The notes under the pieces are model-generated. The model had not been told where the DNA came from, searched no databases, and saw only the letters and a program-made list of their open reading frames with translations. A program made the translations under genes and the position numbers. From contig CAXXMR010000013.1 of the NCBI GenBank assembly GCA_963663805.2, forward strand, positions 320,001 to 384,000: 64,000 bases of DNA, read 5' to 3'. This DNA is from Sedimentisphaerales bacterium. GTDB lineage: Bacteria; Planctomycetota; Phycisphaerae; Sedimentisphaerales; SM23-30. Of the stretch, positions 17,432 to 27,566 are shown one piece after another (positions within the stretch are counted from its first letter, which is position 1; each line of letters opens with the position of its first letter).

Positions 17432-18433
17432 ATGAGCAAGCGTGATTATTACGAAGTCCTCGGTGTTTCTCGAAATGCCGCAATTGAGGAAATTAAAAAG
17501 GCTTACCGCAAGTTAGCCCGGAAATATCATCCTGACGTAGCGGGCAAAGACGCCAAGACGGATGCCCGGTTCAAAGAGGTCAAAGAAGCCTATGAGATAT
17601 TGAAAGATGCCGAAAAACGTAAACTATACGACCAGTTCGGCCATGCGGGGGTAGATATGGGGGCTCAGGGGGCCGCGGGCGGGCCCTGGGCAGGCCATGG
17701 CGGTGGGGGGCAGAATGTCCATGTCAATTTCCGTAACGGCGGTGGGGGCGGATTTAGCGGGCAGGGATTTGATTTTTCGGATATTTTCGGCGGCGGCAGT
17801 GGTGCTGGTTTTGAGGATATTTTCGGCAGGATGGGGGCCCAGCAGGCCAGCAGACGCACCAGACAGCGGCCGGTGCCAAAGGGTGAGGATATCGAGCATA
17901 AGGTTCAGATTACCTTTATTGAGGCTGTTAAGGGCGGGTCGAGGGATATTGTCTCGACCGTTACCGATTCAGCGGGTCAGCGGCGGCAGGAGCGGATTTC
18001 CTTCAAAATCCCCGCCGGGGTTGATTCCGGCAGTAAAATCCGTCTCCGCGGCAAAGGCCAGCCCGGCCCGGGCGGGAATAACGGTGATTTGATTATCGTA
18101 TTTGATGTCCTGCCGCATGAGTTTTTCGAGCGGGAGGGTAATAATATTGTTCTGGAACTGCCGCTGACGGTGACCGAAGCCGCTTTGGGGACAAAGGTGG
18201 AAGTGCCGACCCTTGATTCCGGTAAGACCACCGTTACCATCCCGCCGGCCAGCAGCGGCGGTAGAAAGCTGCGTCTCAAAGGTAAAGGAATCGTTCCCCC
18301 CAAGGGCATTAATCCCGGCGATATGATTCTGCGGCTGAAAATCGTCCTGCCGGAAAAAATGGATGAAGAATCGAAAAAACTGCTGGAAGAATTCGCAAAG
18401 AAAAATCCTCAGTCTGATTTGAGGAAGTTTTGA
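17432..18433 (+). CDS. DnaJ-class (CbpA-like) chaperone lacking the zinc finger
   Basis: J domain with HPD, G/F region, DnaJ C-terminal domain. Confidence 0.92.
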   Translation: MSKRDYYEVLGVSRNAAIEEIKKAYRKLARKYHPDVAGKDAKTDARFKEVKEAYEILKDAEKRKLYDQFGHAGVDMGAQGAAGGPWAGHGGGGQNVHVNFRNGGGGGFSGQGFDFSDIFGGGSGAGFEDIFGRMGAQQASRRTRQRPVPKGEDIEHKVQITFIEAVKGGSRDIVSTVTDSAGQRRQERISFKIPAGVDSGSKIRLRGKGQPGPGGNNGDLIIVFDVLPHEFFEREGNNIVLELPLTVTEAALGTKVEVPTLDSGKTTVTIPPASSGGRKLRLKGKGIVPPKGINPGDMILRLKIVLPEKMDEESKKLLEEFAKKNPQSDLRKF

Positions 18434-18491
18434 CTTCGGAACAGGATAGAATAAAAGGCTACAAGTTTGCAAGTATAAGAAAAGTTGAGAT

Positions 18492-18734
18492 ATGGACGAG
18501 ATGCAAAGAATCAAGGGCAAGGTTCGCATTGGGGGCATAGTGTCTATACTGATGATATTGTGTTTTATTGCGATTGTGGGGTTTGGGTTTTATGCATGGG
18601 ATTTTTGGCCACACAAAATTATTGTGTTGATGGTGTTAGTGGTGGGATTAGAGGCGGGGTTTTGTTTGGGGTATTACATATATTTCAAACGGCGATTGGA
18701 TTTGGAGTTGAAAGCTTTGGTTGACCATAATTGA
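18492..18734 (+). CDS. Small two-TM hypothetical protein
   Basis: Hydrophobic ORF. Confidence 0.5.
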   Translation: MDEMQRIKGKVRIGGIVSILMILCFIAIVGFGFYAWDFWPHKIIVLMVLVVGLEAGFCLGYYIYFKRRLDLELKALVDHN

Positions 18735-18914
18735 ACATTGTAACAGTGTCGCTTTCTGACATGTTCGGTTTTGATGGGGTGATGGCAGGTATCATTTGGT
18801 TGCTTACGCAACTCAGTTTTTATTCATTTTTTGTTGGCCAGTTGGCTGGGGTGGTTCGACTAATATAGCAGTGACGGAAAGATTATGATAATTGGCTGGT
18901 GCAGGAGATGACAT

Positions 18915-19460
18915 TTGAGTCAGACAGGGCGGCTGGTCCGACGGGCGCAGGGGGGTGACCGTGAGGCGGCATCTGAGCTGCTGGGCCTGACATATCAGGA
19001 TACTTACCGGTATCTGCGGCGGATTTGCGGCAGCGTCTCTGAGGCGGAGGACCTGACGCAGGAAGTGTATGTCCGTTTATGGCAGAGTCTGGGGCGATAT
19101 GAAAGTCGCTGTGCGTTTACGACTTGGGTGCACGCGATTGCTTATAATGTTTATGTGGATTGGCGGCGCAAGAAGCGGCCGGTGAGCGGGGTGGATGAGG
19201 CGTGGGGGCAGGCGATGGCGTCTGACGCGGCTGGGCCGGAAGTGATTTGCCATAAGAAAGGGCGAGCTGAGCTGGTGTACCAAGCGGTTGAAGGGTTGGG
19301 CGAGCCGGACCGTCAGATTATACATCTGCATTATTATCAGAAGCTGAGTTTGCGTGAGGCGGCTTTTGTGTTGGACATGCCTTTGAGTACATTGAAGTAT
19401 CGTTTGCGAGGTTCGCTGGATAAGTTGCGAGTTCATCTGAAAGGGCTGGACGATGCATAA
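18915..19460 (+). CDS. ECF RNA polymerase sigma factor
   Basis: AEDLTQEVY, F.TW..IAYN, region 4 HTH. Confidence 0.92.
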   Translation: MSQTGRLVRRAQGGDREAASELLGLTYQDTYRYLRRICGSVSEAEDLTQEVYVRLWQSLGRYESRCAFTTWVHAIAYNVYVDWRRKKRPVSGVDEAWGQAMASDAAGPEVICHKKGRAELVYQAVEGLGEPDRQIIHLHYYQKLSLREAAFVLDMPLSTLKYRLRGSLDKLRVHLKGLDDA

Positions 19461-20253
19461 AAAAGAGTTGGAAGATATTCTGAATGGGGCATCTCGGCCA
19501 GCGGTTCCGGAAGGGCTGCGTCAGCGGCTGGAAGCTCAATTAGATAATGGTTATGAACAGAATTTGCGGTTGTCTGACCCGGTGCTGCGGCAGGGTAGAT
19601 TAGCACATTACCGGGGCAAATGGGTGGCAGCGGCGGTGCTGGTGCTGGGATGTTTTCTGGCTTATGCCTGGCTGCCGAGCGATAGTGTGCGAGGGGTCGC
19701 CTGGGCGGATGTCGCCAGCCGGGTGGAGCAGATAACGTACCTGCATTTTTATGCTTTGGAAGTTCGTGACGGTCGGGGCGAGGATGTTTCGCAGGGCTGG
19801 TTTAGTAATGGTATGCTGGTTTGGCAGGAAAGCAGCGGGCTGACTTCTTACGATGATGGGCGGGAGAAGATCGCTGTCGATAGTAAAGGTAATATTGTGA
19901 AGCGTTGGCCGTCTGATATTGGCAATCCGGCGGGAATCGTTAGCGGGGCGACGGTGTTCGATAAGCTGGCCCAGGCGTTGTTTGATTACAAGGCCGAGGA
20001 GATTGCCCGGAAGATACCAGAGACGATAGGTGATGATTTTCTGGTTTATCGTTTTGGTAAACCCGACACGCTGGATTTTGATGTTAAGGGCATTTCGTTT
20101 ACGGTGGGGCGGGCATCGCGTCTGCCGGTTCAGATGAAGATTTATATTACTGATGATGAATTGAATTACAATATGTATATTTTTGACTACGAAGGTCCGG
20201 CCATGCCGGCGGAGTTTTACCGGATACCGGATAGTGTGAAGTTAGAACGTTAG
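19453..20253 (+). CDS. Putative membrane anti-sigma factor
   Basis: Overlaps the sigma stop; single TM AAAVLVLG, then VAWADV. Confidence 0.7.
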   Translation: MHKKELEDILNGASRPAVPEGLRQRLEAQLDNGYEQNLRLSDPVLRQGRLAHYRGKWVAAAVLVLGCFLAYAWLPSDSVRGVAWADVASRVEQITYLHFYALEVRDGRGEDVSQGWFSNGMLVWQESSGLTSYDDGREKIAVDSKGNIVKRWPSDIGNPAGIVSGATVFDKLAQALFDYKAEEIARKIPETIGDDFLVYRFGKPDTLDFDVKGISFTVGRASRLPVQMKIYITDDELNYNMYIFDYEGPAMPAEFYRIPDSVKLER

Positions 20254-20313
20254 CTTCGGGATGACGGCAGTGGGGACTAATACAAATTTCGGTTTGAGCC
20301 GAAGGAGGCATCT

Positions 20314-21087
20314 ATGCGCAGGGACAGTCTGTCTGAAGAAAAAGGTTTCACGCTGATAGAGCTGCTGGTGGTGGTTGCGATTATCTCGCTGCTGGTTTCG
20401 ATTTTGCTGCCGGCGTTGGGTCGGGTTAAGGAGCAGGCGTGTCGGGCGCGATGTATGTCGAATGAGCATCAGTGCATTATGGCATGTCTGATGTATGCCG
20501 GCGAGAGTGACGACTGGCTGCCGATGGGGAATATTGGCCGGCGGGAGGACCATCCGGAATACTGGACGGAGACGACGTTTCAGGGATGTGTGGCGATGGC
20601 CAAGCGATACAATCTTTCTGAGGAAGTGGCGATTTGCGGTTCGTGGGGTTTGAAACAGGAAGAATTTTTTCGCAAGCCGGAAGTTGACGACGAAGGCTAT
20701 GACTTGACAGGCACGACTATGGGTTTTGTATATTACGGGCGGCGTTATGATGTCCCTGATATGCTGATGAGTCCGGTTATGGCAGACGGTACGACTTATC
20801 GTTCGCCGCGTCGCACTTCGGATGGACCGGGCCAATACACCTCGGCGACGCTGATGACCTGTTTTCACTGGGATGGTATCAGCAGCGGTGCCGGCTGGGG
20901 CGCCAAGATGCCGCATAAGAAAAACGGGGCTGGTTATATCCCCGGCGGCGGCAGCGATGTGCTTGAACCTCACCCGGAAGGCTTGGCGGTCGGTTTTCTG
21001 GATGCTTCAGCCCGCTGGGTGGAATGGGACAAACTCAAATGGTTCGAGCAGCGTGGTTCGATACGAACGTACTATTGTCCCGATTGA
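20314..21087 (+). CDS. Prepilin-type N-terminal cleavage / DUF1559-like protein
   Basis: GFTLIELLVVVAIISLLVSILLPAL; C-terminal H...F.D.SA. Confidence 0.88.
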   Translation: MRRDSLSEEKGFTLIELLVVVAIISLLVSILLPALGRVKEQACRARCMSNEHQCIMACLMYAGESDDWLPMGNIGRREDHPEYWTETTFQGCVAMAKRYNLSEEVAICGSWGLKQEEFFRKPEVDDEGYDLTGTTMGFVYYGRRYDVPDMLMSPVMADGTTYRSPRRTSDGPGQYTSATLMTCFHWDGISSGAGWGAKMPHKKNGAGYIPGGGSDVLEPHPEGLAVGFLDASARWVEWDKLKWFEQRGSIRTYYCPD

Positions 21088-23234
21088 GAGTTGTTGGTAA
21101 TTATCGCGCCGCTCAGCCCGCAAATTTCATCAGGATTGCTGATGAGCTCATCGTGAATTTCGCTGGATTTGCAAATTACGATGAACATGGTTTGCCGGGT
21201 GCCGATTTGGCTTAAAGCGGGTTTGAATATTATCGTGCGTTCCCTGAAGTCCGGATTTATTCGGTTGCTTAGCTCCGGGATAGTTCGGGTATTATCGATT
21301 TGAATCAGCAGAACTCCGTCGGGGCTGAGCAGTCGGAAAAGCTCATGTAAACTCAGTGGCTTTTCGTCCTGAACGATATATGATTCCGGTTGATACCAGA
21401 TAACGTCATAAAAGTTTCCCTGGCTGGAAGTGCCAAGTTTCGCCGGTGTAATAAAGCGGACGCTGCTTTGGCCTGTCGGTAATACGCTGAGCAGTTTTTG
21501 CCGGGCTAGAATTCTCATCAGGTGTGGTTCGAGAATGTAGTCGATGGATTCTTGCGACGGCGGTCTGATTAGCGGCCAGGCGTTTTCATTGATGCCCAGG
21601 AGTAGAATTCGGCCTTTTTGGTCCGCGGTTCTGATTCGCTCGGTCCAGAGCGAGTTACGCAGTACGCAGGAGCGGACGGTTTCGATATTGCTTTGATACA
21701 GACATCTAAGATGACAGGTTCCCAGCCCGTTCATTTCCGCCAGCGGGCCCAGTGCCCAGCTGCCTCTTGAAGTCTCGCAGAGCATTACGCCACTGAGGTT
21801 AGGATTCTGGAGCCAGTTTTTACTGAGAGAGGGAATCACCAGCACGCTGGCCAGAAACAGCATTACCACGGCGGCAAGCCCGATACTTTGGGCCCGCAGG
21901 CCGGAATGTTCACGACATACCATCGTCAATCCGCCGGTGAGAATCGCCAATAATACCAAAATGCTAAGGGCCGCCAGTGAACCGTATCCTGGCAGAAGCG
22001 CGACTGTCCCTATTATCCAGCCCAGGGCCACGCCGATTAGAATGCGACCCAGCCAGCGTGAGAAGCCCAGTGATTTGCTGACCGATGACTCCTGAATGAG
22101 CGGTTTGCCCAGACGCAAAGCGGCCCCGGAAATAGCGAAGACGAGCAGAAACAACAGCCAGATAAGCGTTGTTAAGGTTTGTTTGCCGGGTGTGATTTGC
22201 CAGGCGAAATTAAAAGTGCCCAACGCCACCAGCATGAGTGCCGCCCAGCATAAATGCAAGCCCGCCAGAAAGGCCAGGCGACGACGGGCGGTATCAGCGA
22301 CATCTTCACCGCAGAATTTTCCGGCTAAATAAATGCCGACAGTTATCACGATCAAACTCAGAGCGTCAAACAATTCCAGAACGCCGGACGTTTTAGTGAT
22401 TAGTTCGAGCAGATGCCGCAGCAGAGGCAAGGCCGCGCCTGCCAAAAGGCTGGTTGTCAAAACGAGCAGCGTGCCGGGCCATTTCGACGAGGCGATCGAA
22501 CTGAGTTGAGCGGTGCTGACCGGGCTGGTTATAAATCCTCTTTGTTTTCGGTAAGTCGTGCCGCCCACCATAATCAGCATCGCAAATACCGCGATAAGCT
22601 GCGAGATCCATACCTGGGCAGCAGCGGTAAAATAATGGTCCAGCAGATTATTCCAGAGAGCGTACCCCAAAGCGAAACCCGCCGCGAGCCACATCGGTAA
22701 ACTGCGTTCATATTGCAGGTTGGCATGGTCTTTCAGGTCGATTGTTAAAGTAAGGCGATAGAGCACCGCGAGCATCACACCACCCAGAAAAGCCGCCGGC
22801 CCGGTCATTATCGCCAGGATAAATATTTTTATTATGTCGCGAGCCGGGGCGTTGAACAGAAAACTCTGGTCCAGCCATTGATAGAGCGAACTCCATAGAT
22901 TGGTTGCCAACGCGAAAGCGGTTGTCGCCGCGGCGAGCAGCAGTATCATGCCGGCCATTACCATCGTCGCGTGATGGGGGTCGGGCCGGCTGAGCGGGCT
23001 GTAACTGTCCCGTAAATCGGTAAGAAATTTCACCAGCCATTGAGGCGACATCAAACCCAAAAACGCGGCGATAAAAATGATTGGATAGAAACAAAACTGA
23101 ATATCCGGGCCCAGAATCTGCTTGCTCAGCTGGAGAAATCCGCAGAAACTCCCCGCCGCACAGAATGACACCGTAAAACCAGTGCCAAATGCACGATAGA
23201 AATACTTCCCGGGTTTTAGTACTAACGCCGGCAT
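21072..23234 (-). CDS. Multi-TM protein with degenerate spermidine-synthase/SAM-like C-domain
   Basis: Many TMs, then RILLLG, YDVIW, LLSPDGVLLI. Confidence 0.5.
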   Translation of the reverse strand: MPALVLKPGKYFYRAFGTGFTVSFCAAGSFCGFLQLSKQILGPDIQFCFYPIIFIAAFLGLMSPQWLVKFLTDLRDSYSPLSRPDPHHATMVMAGMILLLAAATTAFALATNLWSSLYQWLDQSFLFNAPARDIIKIFILAIMTGPAAFLGGVMLAVLYRLTLTIDLKDHANLQYERSLPMWLAAGFALGYALWNNLLDHYFTAAAQVWISQLIAVFAMLIMVGGTTYRKQRGFITSPVSTAQLSSIASSKWPGTLLVLTTSLLAGAALPLLRHLLELITKTSGVLELFDALSLIVITVGIYLAGKFCGEDVADTARRRLAFLAGLHLCWAALMLVALGTFNFAWQITPGKQTLTTLIWLLFLLVFAISGAALRLGKPLIQESSVSKSLGFSRWLGRILIGVALGWIIGTVALLPGYGSLAALSILVLLAILTGGLTMVCREHSGLRAQSIGLAAVVMLFLASVLVIPSLSKNWLQNPNLSGVMLCETSRGSWALGPLAEMNGLGTCHLRCLYQSNIETVRSCVLRNSLWTERIRTADQKGRILLLGINENAWPLIRPPSQESIDYILEPHLMRILARQKLLSVLPTGQSSVRFITPAKLGTSSQGNFYDVIWYQPESYIVQDEKPLSLHELFRLLSPDGVLLIQIDNTRTIPELSNRINPDFRERTIIFKPALSQIGTRQTMFIVICKSSEIHDELISNPDEICGLSGAIITNNSQSGQ

Positions 23235-23284
23235 AATAAGCCCTCGCGTTCCCGGTTAACATTCCACAAGCCCTGTTCCCACGG

Positions 23285-24280
23285 CTACTCCGTGGCGGGC
23301 TTAACCTCCACGGTAGTTGTCGCCGGTTCAAAAATCCGAATCGGCCCATTGTCAAGCCGCAGCAGCAGTCCCTTTACCGGGTCAATATCAATAAAACGAC
23401 CGGTAAAATTCTGCCCATTGCTAATCAGAGTGGTACGCTTGCCAATGTCGCCGCACCGTTGCAGCCAATTCGCATGAAGCGACGCATTACCGTCCCGCTC
23501 AAGCTCGGTAAGATTTTTGTCAAGACTGCGCAGCAGCTCTCGAGCAAGTTCGGTACGGTCAACGTCTTTCTGAAGATGGCATTTGAGCGAAGTTGCTGCA
23601 TCATGAATTTCAGCCGGAAAATCTTCACTGTTCTGTTGACAATTAATGCCGATGCCGATGACATAACTATGTTGTTCCGCGGCCCGTGATTCGACCAGGA
23701 TACCGGCGAGCTTTTTACCGTTCAGGATAAGGTCGTTGGGCCATTTGATTTTAATGTTGGTCTGGCAGATATTGTCGATTGCCCCGGCTGCGGCAACCGC
23801 GGCAAGATAAGTAAGCTCTGTGCCCCTGAGCTGTCCCATATTTTTCAGCAGGACCGACATCAGCACGCTTTGGCCATATTCGCCGGCCCAACTGCGTCCC
23901 AGCCGCCCACGTCCACGCCTCTGGCACTCCGCGAAAACCGCCAGACCATCCGAATTCGGCTCACAAAGATATTGCCAGGCAACGTCATTGGTACTGTCGG
24001 TCTGGTCGTAAAGAAGTATACGCCTGCCGACCCTTTGGGTATTGAGACCGATTTCCAGCAGGTCCACATTGAGCGGTGTGTTTGCCTCGATTATCCTCAA
24101 GCCGTAGCCCGCCGCCGCCTCGATTCTATATCCCAGTTCCCGCAAATGTTCTGCCATGTCCAGCAGCTCAGAATTGGAACCCGCGAGTATATTACGCAAG
24201 GCGGGCATTCCCAGCCAGCGGCCCTTCTCATGCCGCAGGATTTCCAGCAGTTGAACACTTTTTGTGGTTATGTTGGGCAA
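23285..24280 (-). CDS. birA: Biotin-protein ligase/repressor
   Basis: DSTND, GRGRLGRSW, KWPNDL, KLAGILVE, N-terminal HTH. Confidence 0.93.
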   Translation of the reverse strand: MPNITTKSVQLLEILRHEKGRWLGMPALRNILAGSNSELLDMAEHLRELGYRIEAAAGYGLRIIEANTPLNVDLLEIGLNTQRVGRRILLYDQTDSTNDVAWQYLCEPNSDGLAVFAECQRRGRGRLGRSWAGEYGQSVLMSVLLKNMGQLRGTELTYLAAVAAAGAIDNICQTNIKIKWPNDLILNGKKLAGILVESRAAEQHSYVIGIGINCQQNSEDFPAEIHDAATSLKCHLQKDVDRTELARELLRSLDKNLTELERDGNASLHANWLQRCGDIGKRTTLISNGQNFTGRFIDIDPVKGLLLRLDNGPIRIFEPATTTVEVKPATE

Positions 24281-24290
24281 GGCCTTTCCT

Positions 24291-25166
24291 TCAGATTAAA
24301 TCTAAGCCAATGTCAAGGCTGGCGATTTGATGCGTCAGGGCCCCGATGGAAATCCGGTCAACGCCGGTCCGGGCGATCTCGCGGACATTTTCGAGCCGGA
24401 CATTGCCCGACGCTTCCAGCAGCACCGTTCGACCGGCACAGATACCGTCACGCATCTGAACCGCCCGCCGCATGGTTTCACAATTCATATTATCAAGTAG
24501 AATAATATCAATACCAGGGACGCTCATGGCAACCTCAAGCTGTTCGAGAGTGTCAACTTCGACCTGGATAAATTCCAGCGGCACAGCTTCACGTTTCAAT
24601 CGTTTCAGAACCTCCAGCAGTCCCTGCCTGAGATTATCACATTCCAGAGCCGCCAGATGATTGTCTTTAATCAGAACCGCGTCCCAAAGTCCCTGCCGAT
24701 GATTCATGCCGCCGCCGCAGCGTACCGCGTGCTTTTCGAGGTCACGCCAGCCGGGAGTGGTCTTGCGAGTGTCGCATATTTTCGCTTTTGTATCATGCAC
24801 CTCTTTGACATAGCGGGCGGTGGTAGTAGCGATGCCGCTGAGTCGCTGAATAAAGTTCAAAACGATACGTTCCGCTGCCAAAATCGAACGTAAAGGCCCG
24901 GAGATAATCCCCAACGTCATGCCCGGCTCAATCACGCTGCCGTCAGATAAATCTTCCGTCAGTTCCAGCCGCTGGTCATAACAGCGCAGCACCTCACGAG
25001 CAACCGTCATGCCGCAAAGCACACCCGGAGCCCGCGATACCAACGCCGCGTGTCCCTGCTTGTTTTCGGGGATGGTTATTTCCGAAGTAATATCACCCCG
25101 ACCGAGGTCTTCGAGCCGGGCCAGTTCTATTAGCGGTTGATATTTTCCTAAATCAAGGTTCTGCAT
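24291..25166 (-). CDS. nadC: Quinolinate phosphoribosyltransferase
   Basis: DTRKTTPG, HR.GL.D.VLIKDNH, EASGN. Confidence 0.95.
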   Translation of the reverse strand: MQNLDLGKYQPLIELARLEDLGRGDITSEITIPENKQGHAALVSRAPGVLCGMTVAREVLRCYDQRLELTEDLSDGSVIEPGMTLGIISGPLRSILAAERIVLNFIQRLSGIATTTARYVKEVHDTKAKICDTRKTTPGWRDLEKHAVRCGGGMNHRQGLWDAVLIKDNHLAALECDNLRQGLLEVLKRLKREAVPLEFIQVEVDTLEQLEVAMSVPGIDIILLDNMNCETMRRAVQMRDGICAGRTVLLEASGNVRLENVREIARTGVDRISIGALTHQIASLDIGLDLI

Positions 25167-25181
25167 GAAATTTTCCTGGGT

Positions 25182-27164
25182 TCAGCCGGTTTTTATTTCG
25201 GGGGCGGCCTTTAGTTCTTCTATCTGGTCACGCAATTTAGCGGCCTTTTCAAATTCCAGTTTTTCCGCCGCCTCGAGCATTTCCGCTTCGAGAATGCTTA
25301 GTAGTTCCTTGCGGTCATATTCGGCTTCGTCGTGGGTCAGAGCGTTGCGGGCTATACGTCGAGCCTGGAATTCCGTATCCAGACCGCTGCGAATGGCTTT
25401 GCGAACAGTCTCCGGCGTAATGCCGTGTTCCTCATTATATGCCTGCTGAATCTTGCGACGCCGCAAAGTTTCGTCCATGGCCCGCTGCATCGAGTTGGTG
25501 ATTTTATCCGCGTAAAGAATGACTAGTGCGTTTACATTACGGGCTGTTCGCCCGATGGTCTGGACCAGCGAAGTCTCACTACGCAGGAAACCTTCCTTGT
25601 CAGCATCCAGAATCGCCACCAGTGAAACTTCGGGCAAGTCAAGTCCCTCACGAAGCAAATTAACACCCACCAGGACATCAAATTCGCCCGCCCGCAGATT
25701 GCGAAGTATCTTTACCCGTTCCAGCGTATCAATTTCACTGTGCAAATATTCGCAGCGATACCCTTTTTCCTTTATGTACCTGCTCAAATCCTCCGCCAGC
25801 CTTTTGGTAAGCGTTGTAACCAACACCCGCTCGTTCACTTCCACCCGCTTGCCGATTTCACCCAGCAGATGAGGCACTTGCTGACGAGCCGATTCAACTT
25901 GAATCTTCGGGTCGATCAAACCGGTAGGCCTGATAACCTGTTCCACAACCTCGCCCTGACAGTGCTCCAGTTCATAAGGCCCCGGTGTTGCTGAAACAAA
26001 AACCACGTTTTTCCAAAGCGTCTCCAGCTCCTCAAACCGCAAAGGCCGGTTGTCCATCGCACTGGGCAGCCGAAAACCATGGTCCACCAGCACCGTTTTG
26101 CGACTGCGGTCGCCGGCGTACATTGCCTTCAATTGCGGCAGGGTAACATGCGATTCGTCGATAATCAGCAGAAAGTCGTCGGGGAAATAATCAATAAGCG
26201 TATAAGGCCTAGAACCAGCCGGTAAACCCGCCAGATGACGAGCGTAATTTTCAATGCCGCTGCAATAGCCAACTTCGCGAATCATCTCCATATCATAACG
26301 GGTCCGGGCGTTTAGTCGCTGGGCCTCCAGCAGTTTGCCCTGGCTGCGTAATTCCAGCAGACGCTTATCCAATTCTGTGGAAATTCCCGCCAGAGCGGAT
26401 TCTATCTGGTCCTCCGGCATGACATAATGTTGAGCGGGATAGATAAACATCTGGTTTTCTTCTGCCAGTATTTCACCGCTGGTAGGGTTGATAAGGGTGA
26501 TTTTTTCGATTTCGTCGCCGAACATCTCAATGCGAACCGCGAACTCCTCATAGGCGGGCCATAGCTCAATAACATCACCGCGAACCCGAAATTTGCCCCG
26601 GTCAAAACCGATGTCGTTCCGGTCGTAGCGAATATCACTAAGTCGGCCCAGCAGTTCATCCCGGTCGTGACTCATGCCAACCCGCAAGGGAACCACCAGA
26701 CGTTTATATTCGTCCGGCGAACCCAACCCGAAAATACAGCTTACCGACGCGACCACCACCGCATCAGCCCGACTCATCAGGCTGGTAGTGGTACTCAGCC
26801 GCAGGCGGTCCAGGTCGTCATTCCGCGACGCATCCTTTTCGATATATATATCACGCTGAGGAATATACGCTTCAGGCTGATAATAATCGTAATAACTGAC
26901 GAAATATTCCACCGCGTTTTTGGGCAGAATCTCCTTGAACTCCTCATAAAGCTGAGCCGCCAGGGTTTTATTATGGCTGATTATCAGAGCGGGTTTCTGA
27001 CAGCGGGCAATCACCTGGGCCATTGTGAAGGTCTTGCCGGAACCGGTAACGCCCATGAGGGTCTGATATTTTCGCTGGTTCTGTATCCCCTGATAAAGAG
27101 CTTCGATAGCCTGGGGCTGATCCCCGGCGGGCTGGAAGTTGCTGATAATCTCAAAATCTCTCAT
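25182..27164 (-). CDS. uvrB: Excinuclease ABC subunit B
   Basis: [23 protein letters not shown]-terminal UVR domain. Confidence 0.97.
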   Translation of the reverse strand: MRDFEIISNFQPAGDQPQAIEALYQGIQNQRKYQTLMGVTGSGKTFTMAQVIARCQKPALIISHNKTLAAQLYEEFKEILPKNAVEYFVSYYDYYQPEAYIPQRDIYIEKDASRNDDLDRLRLSTTTSLMSRADAVVVASVSCIFGLGSPDEYKRLVVPLRVGMSHDRDELLGRLSDIRYDRNDIGFDRGKFRVRGDVIELWPAYEEFAVRIEMFGDEIEKITLINPTSGEILAEENQMFIYPAQHYVMPEDQIESALAGISTELDKRLLELRSQGKLLEAQRLNARTRYDMEMIREVGYCSGIENYARHLAGLPAGSRPYTLIDYFPDDFLLIIDESHVTLPQLKAMYAGDRSRKTVLVDHGFRLPSAMDNRPLRFEELETLWKNVVFVSATPGPYELEHCQGEVVEQVIRPTGLIDPKIQVESARQQVPHLLGEIGKRVEVNERVLVTTLTKRLAEDLSRYIKEKGYRCEYLHSEIDTLERVKILRNLRAGEFDVLVGVNLLREGLDLPEVSLVAILDADKEGFLRSETSLVQTIGRTARNVNALVILYADKITNSMQRAMDETLRRRKIQQAYNEEHGITPETVRKAIRSGLDTEFQARRIARNALTHDEAEYDRKELLSILEAEMLEAAEKLEFEKAAKLRDQIEELKAAPEIKTG

Positions 27165-27512
27165 CGTTGTAAATCACCTGATAATCAAGTTTCCACAACA
27201 GTTGAACATGTAGCTCAACGGCAGGGGGGCATCCAAGGTTTTCAAACTCAATATTATAAGCTCCGATAACAAATGAGGCAATGATTGACCGGTATAATCT
27301 ATCCAGGGCCGACCAGTGAGTTATCGGTCGATGTGGTTGTGTATTTAAATTGTTTTATATTAAGGATTTATATTAATAATGCCAAAAAGCTTTTTTTTTT
27401 GGTTAATTTGTGAGGCTGAGGCGCCGATATGATTATTGCTAACAGCTTCATGGTAATAGCCGTCTGCGGTGGCACAGCCAAGAACACCGCTGGCGGCTAT
27501 GTTTTTGCGCAT

Positions 27513-27543
27513 AAAAAACGCCTCACTCGAAAGCAAGGCGTTT
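27513..27543 (-). terminator. Terminator after secretin gene
   Basis: aaaaaacgcct...aggcgttt. Confidence 0.6.
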
Positions 27544-27566
27544 GGGGGTTCTAAATATACCACGAT

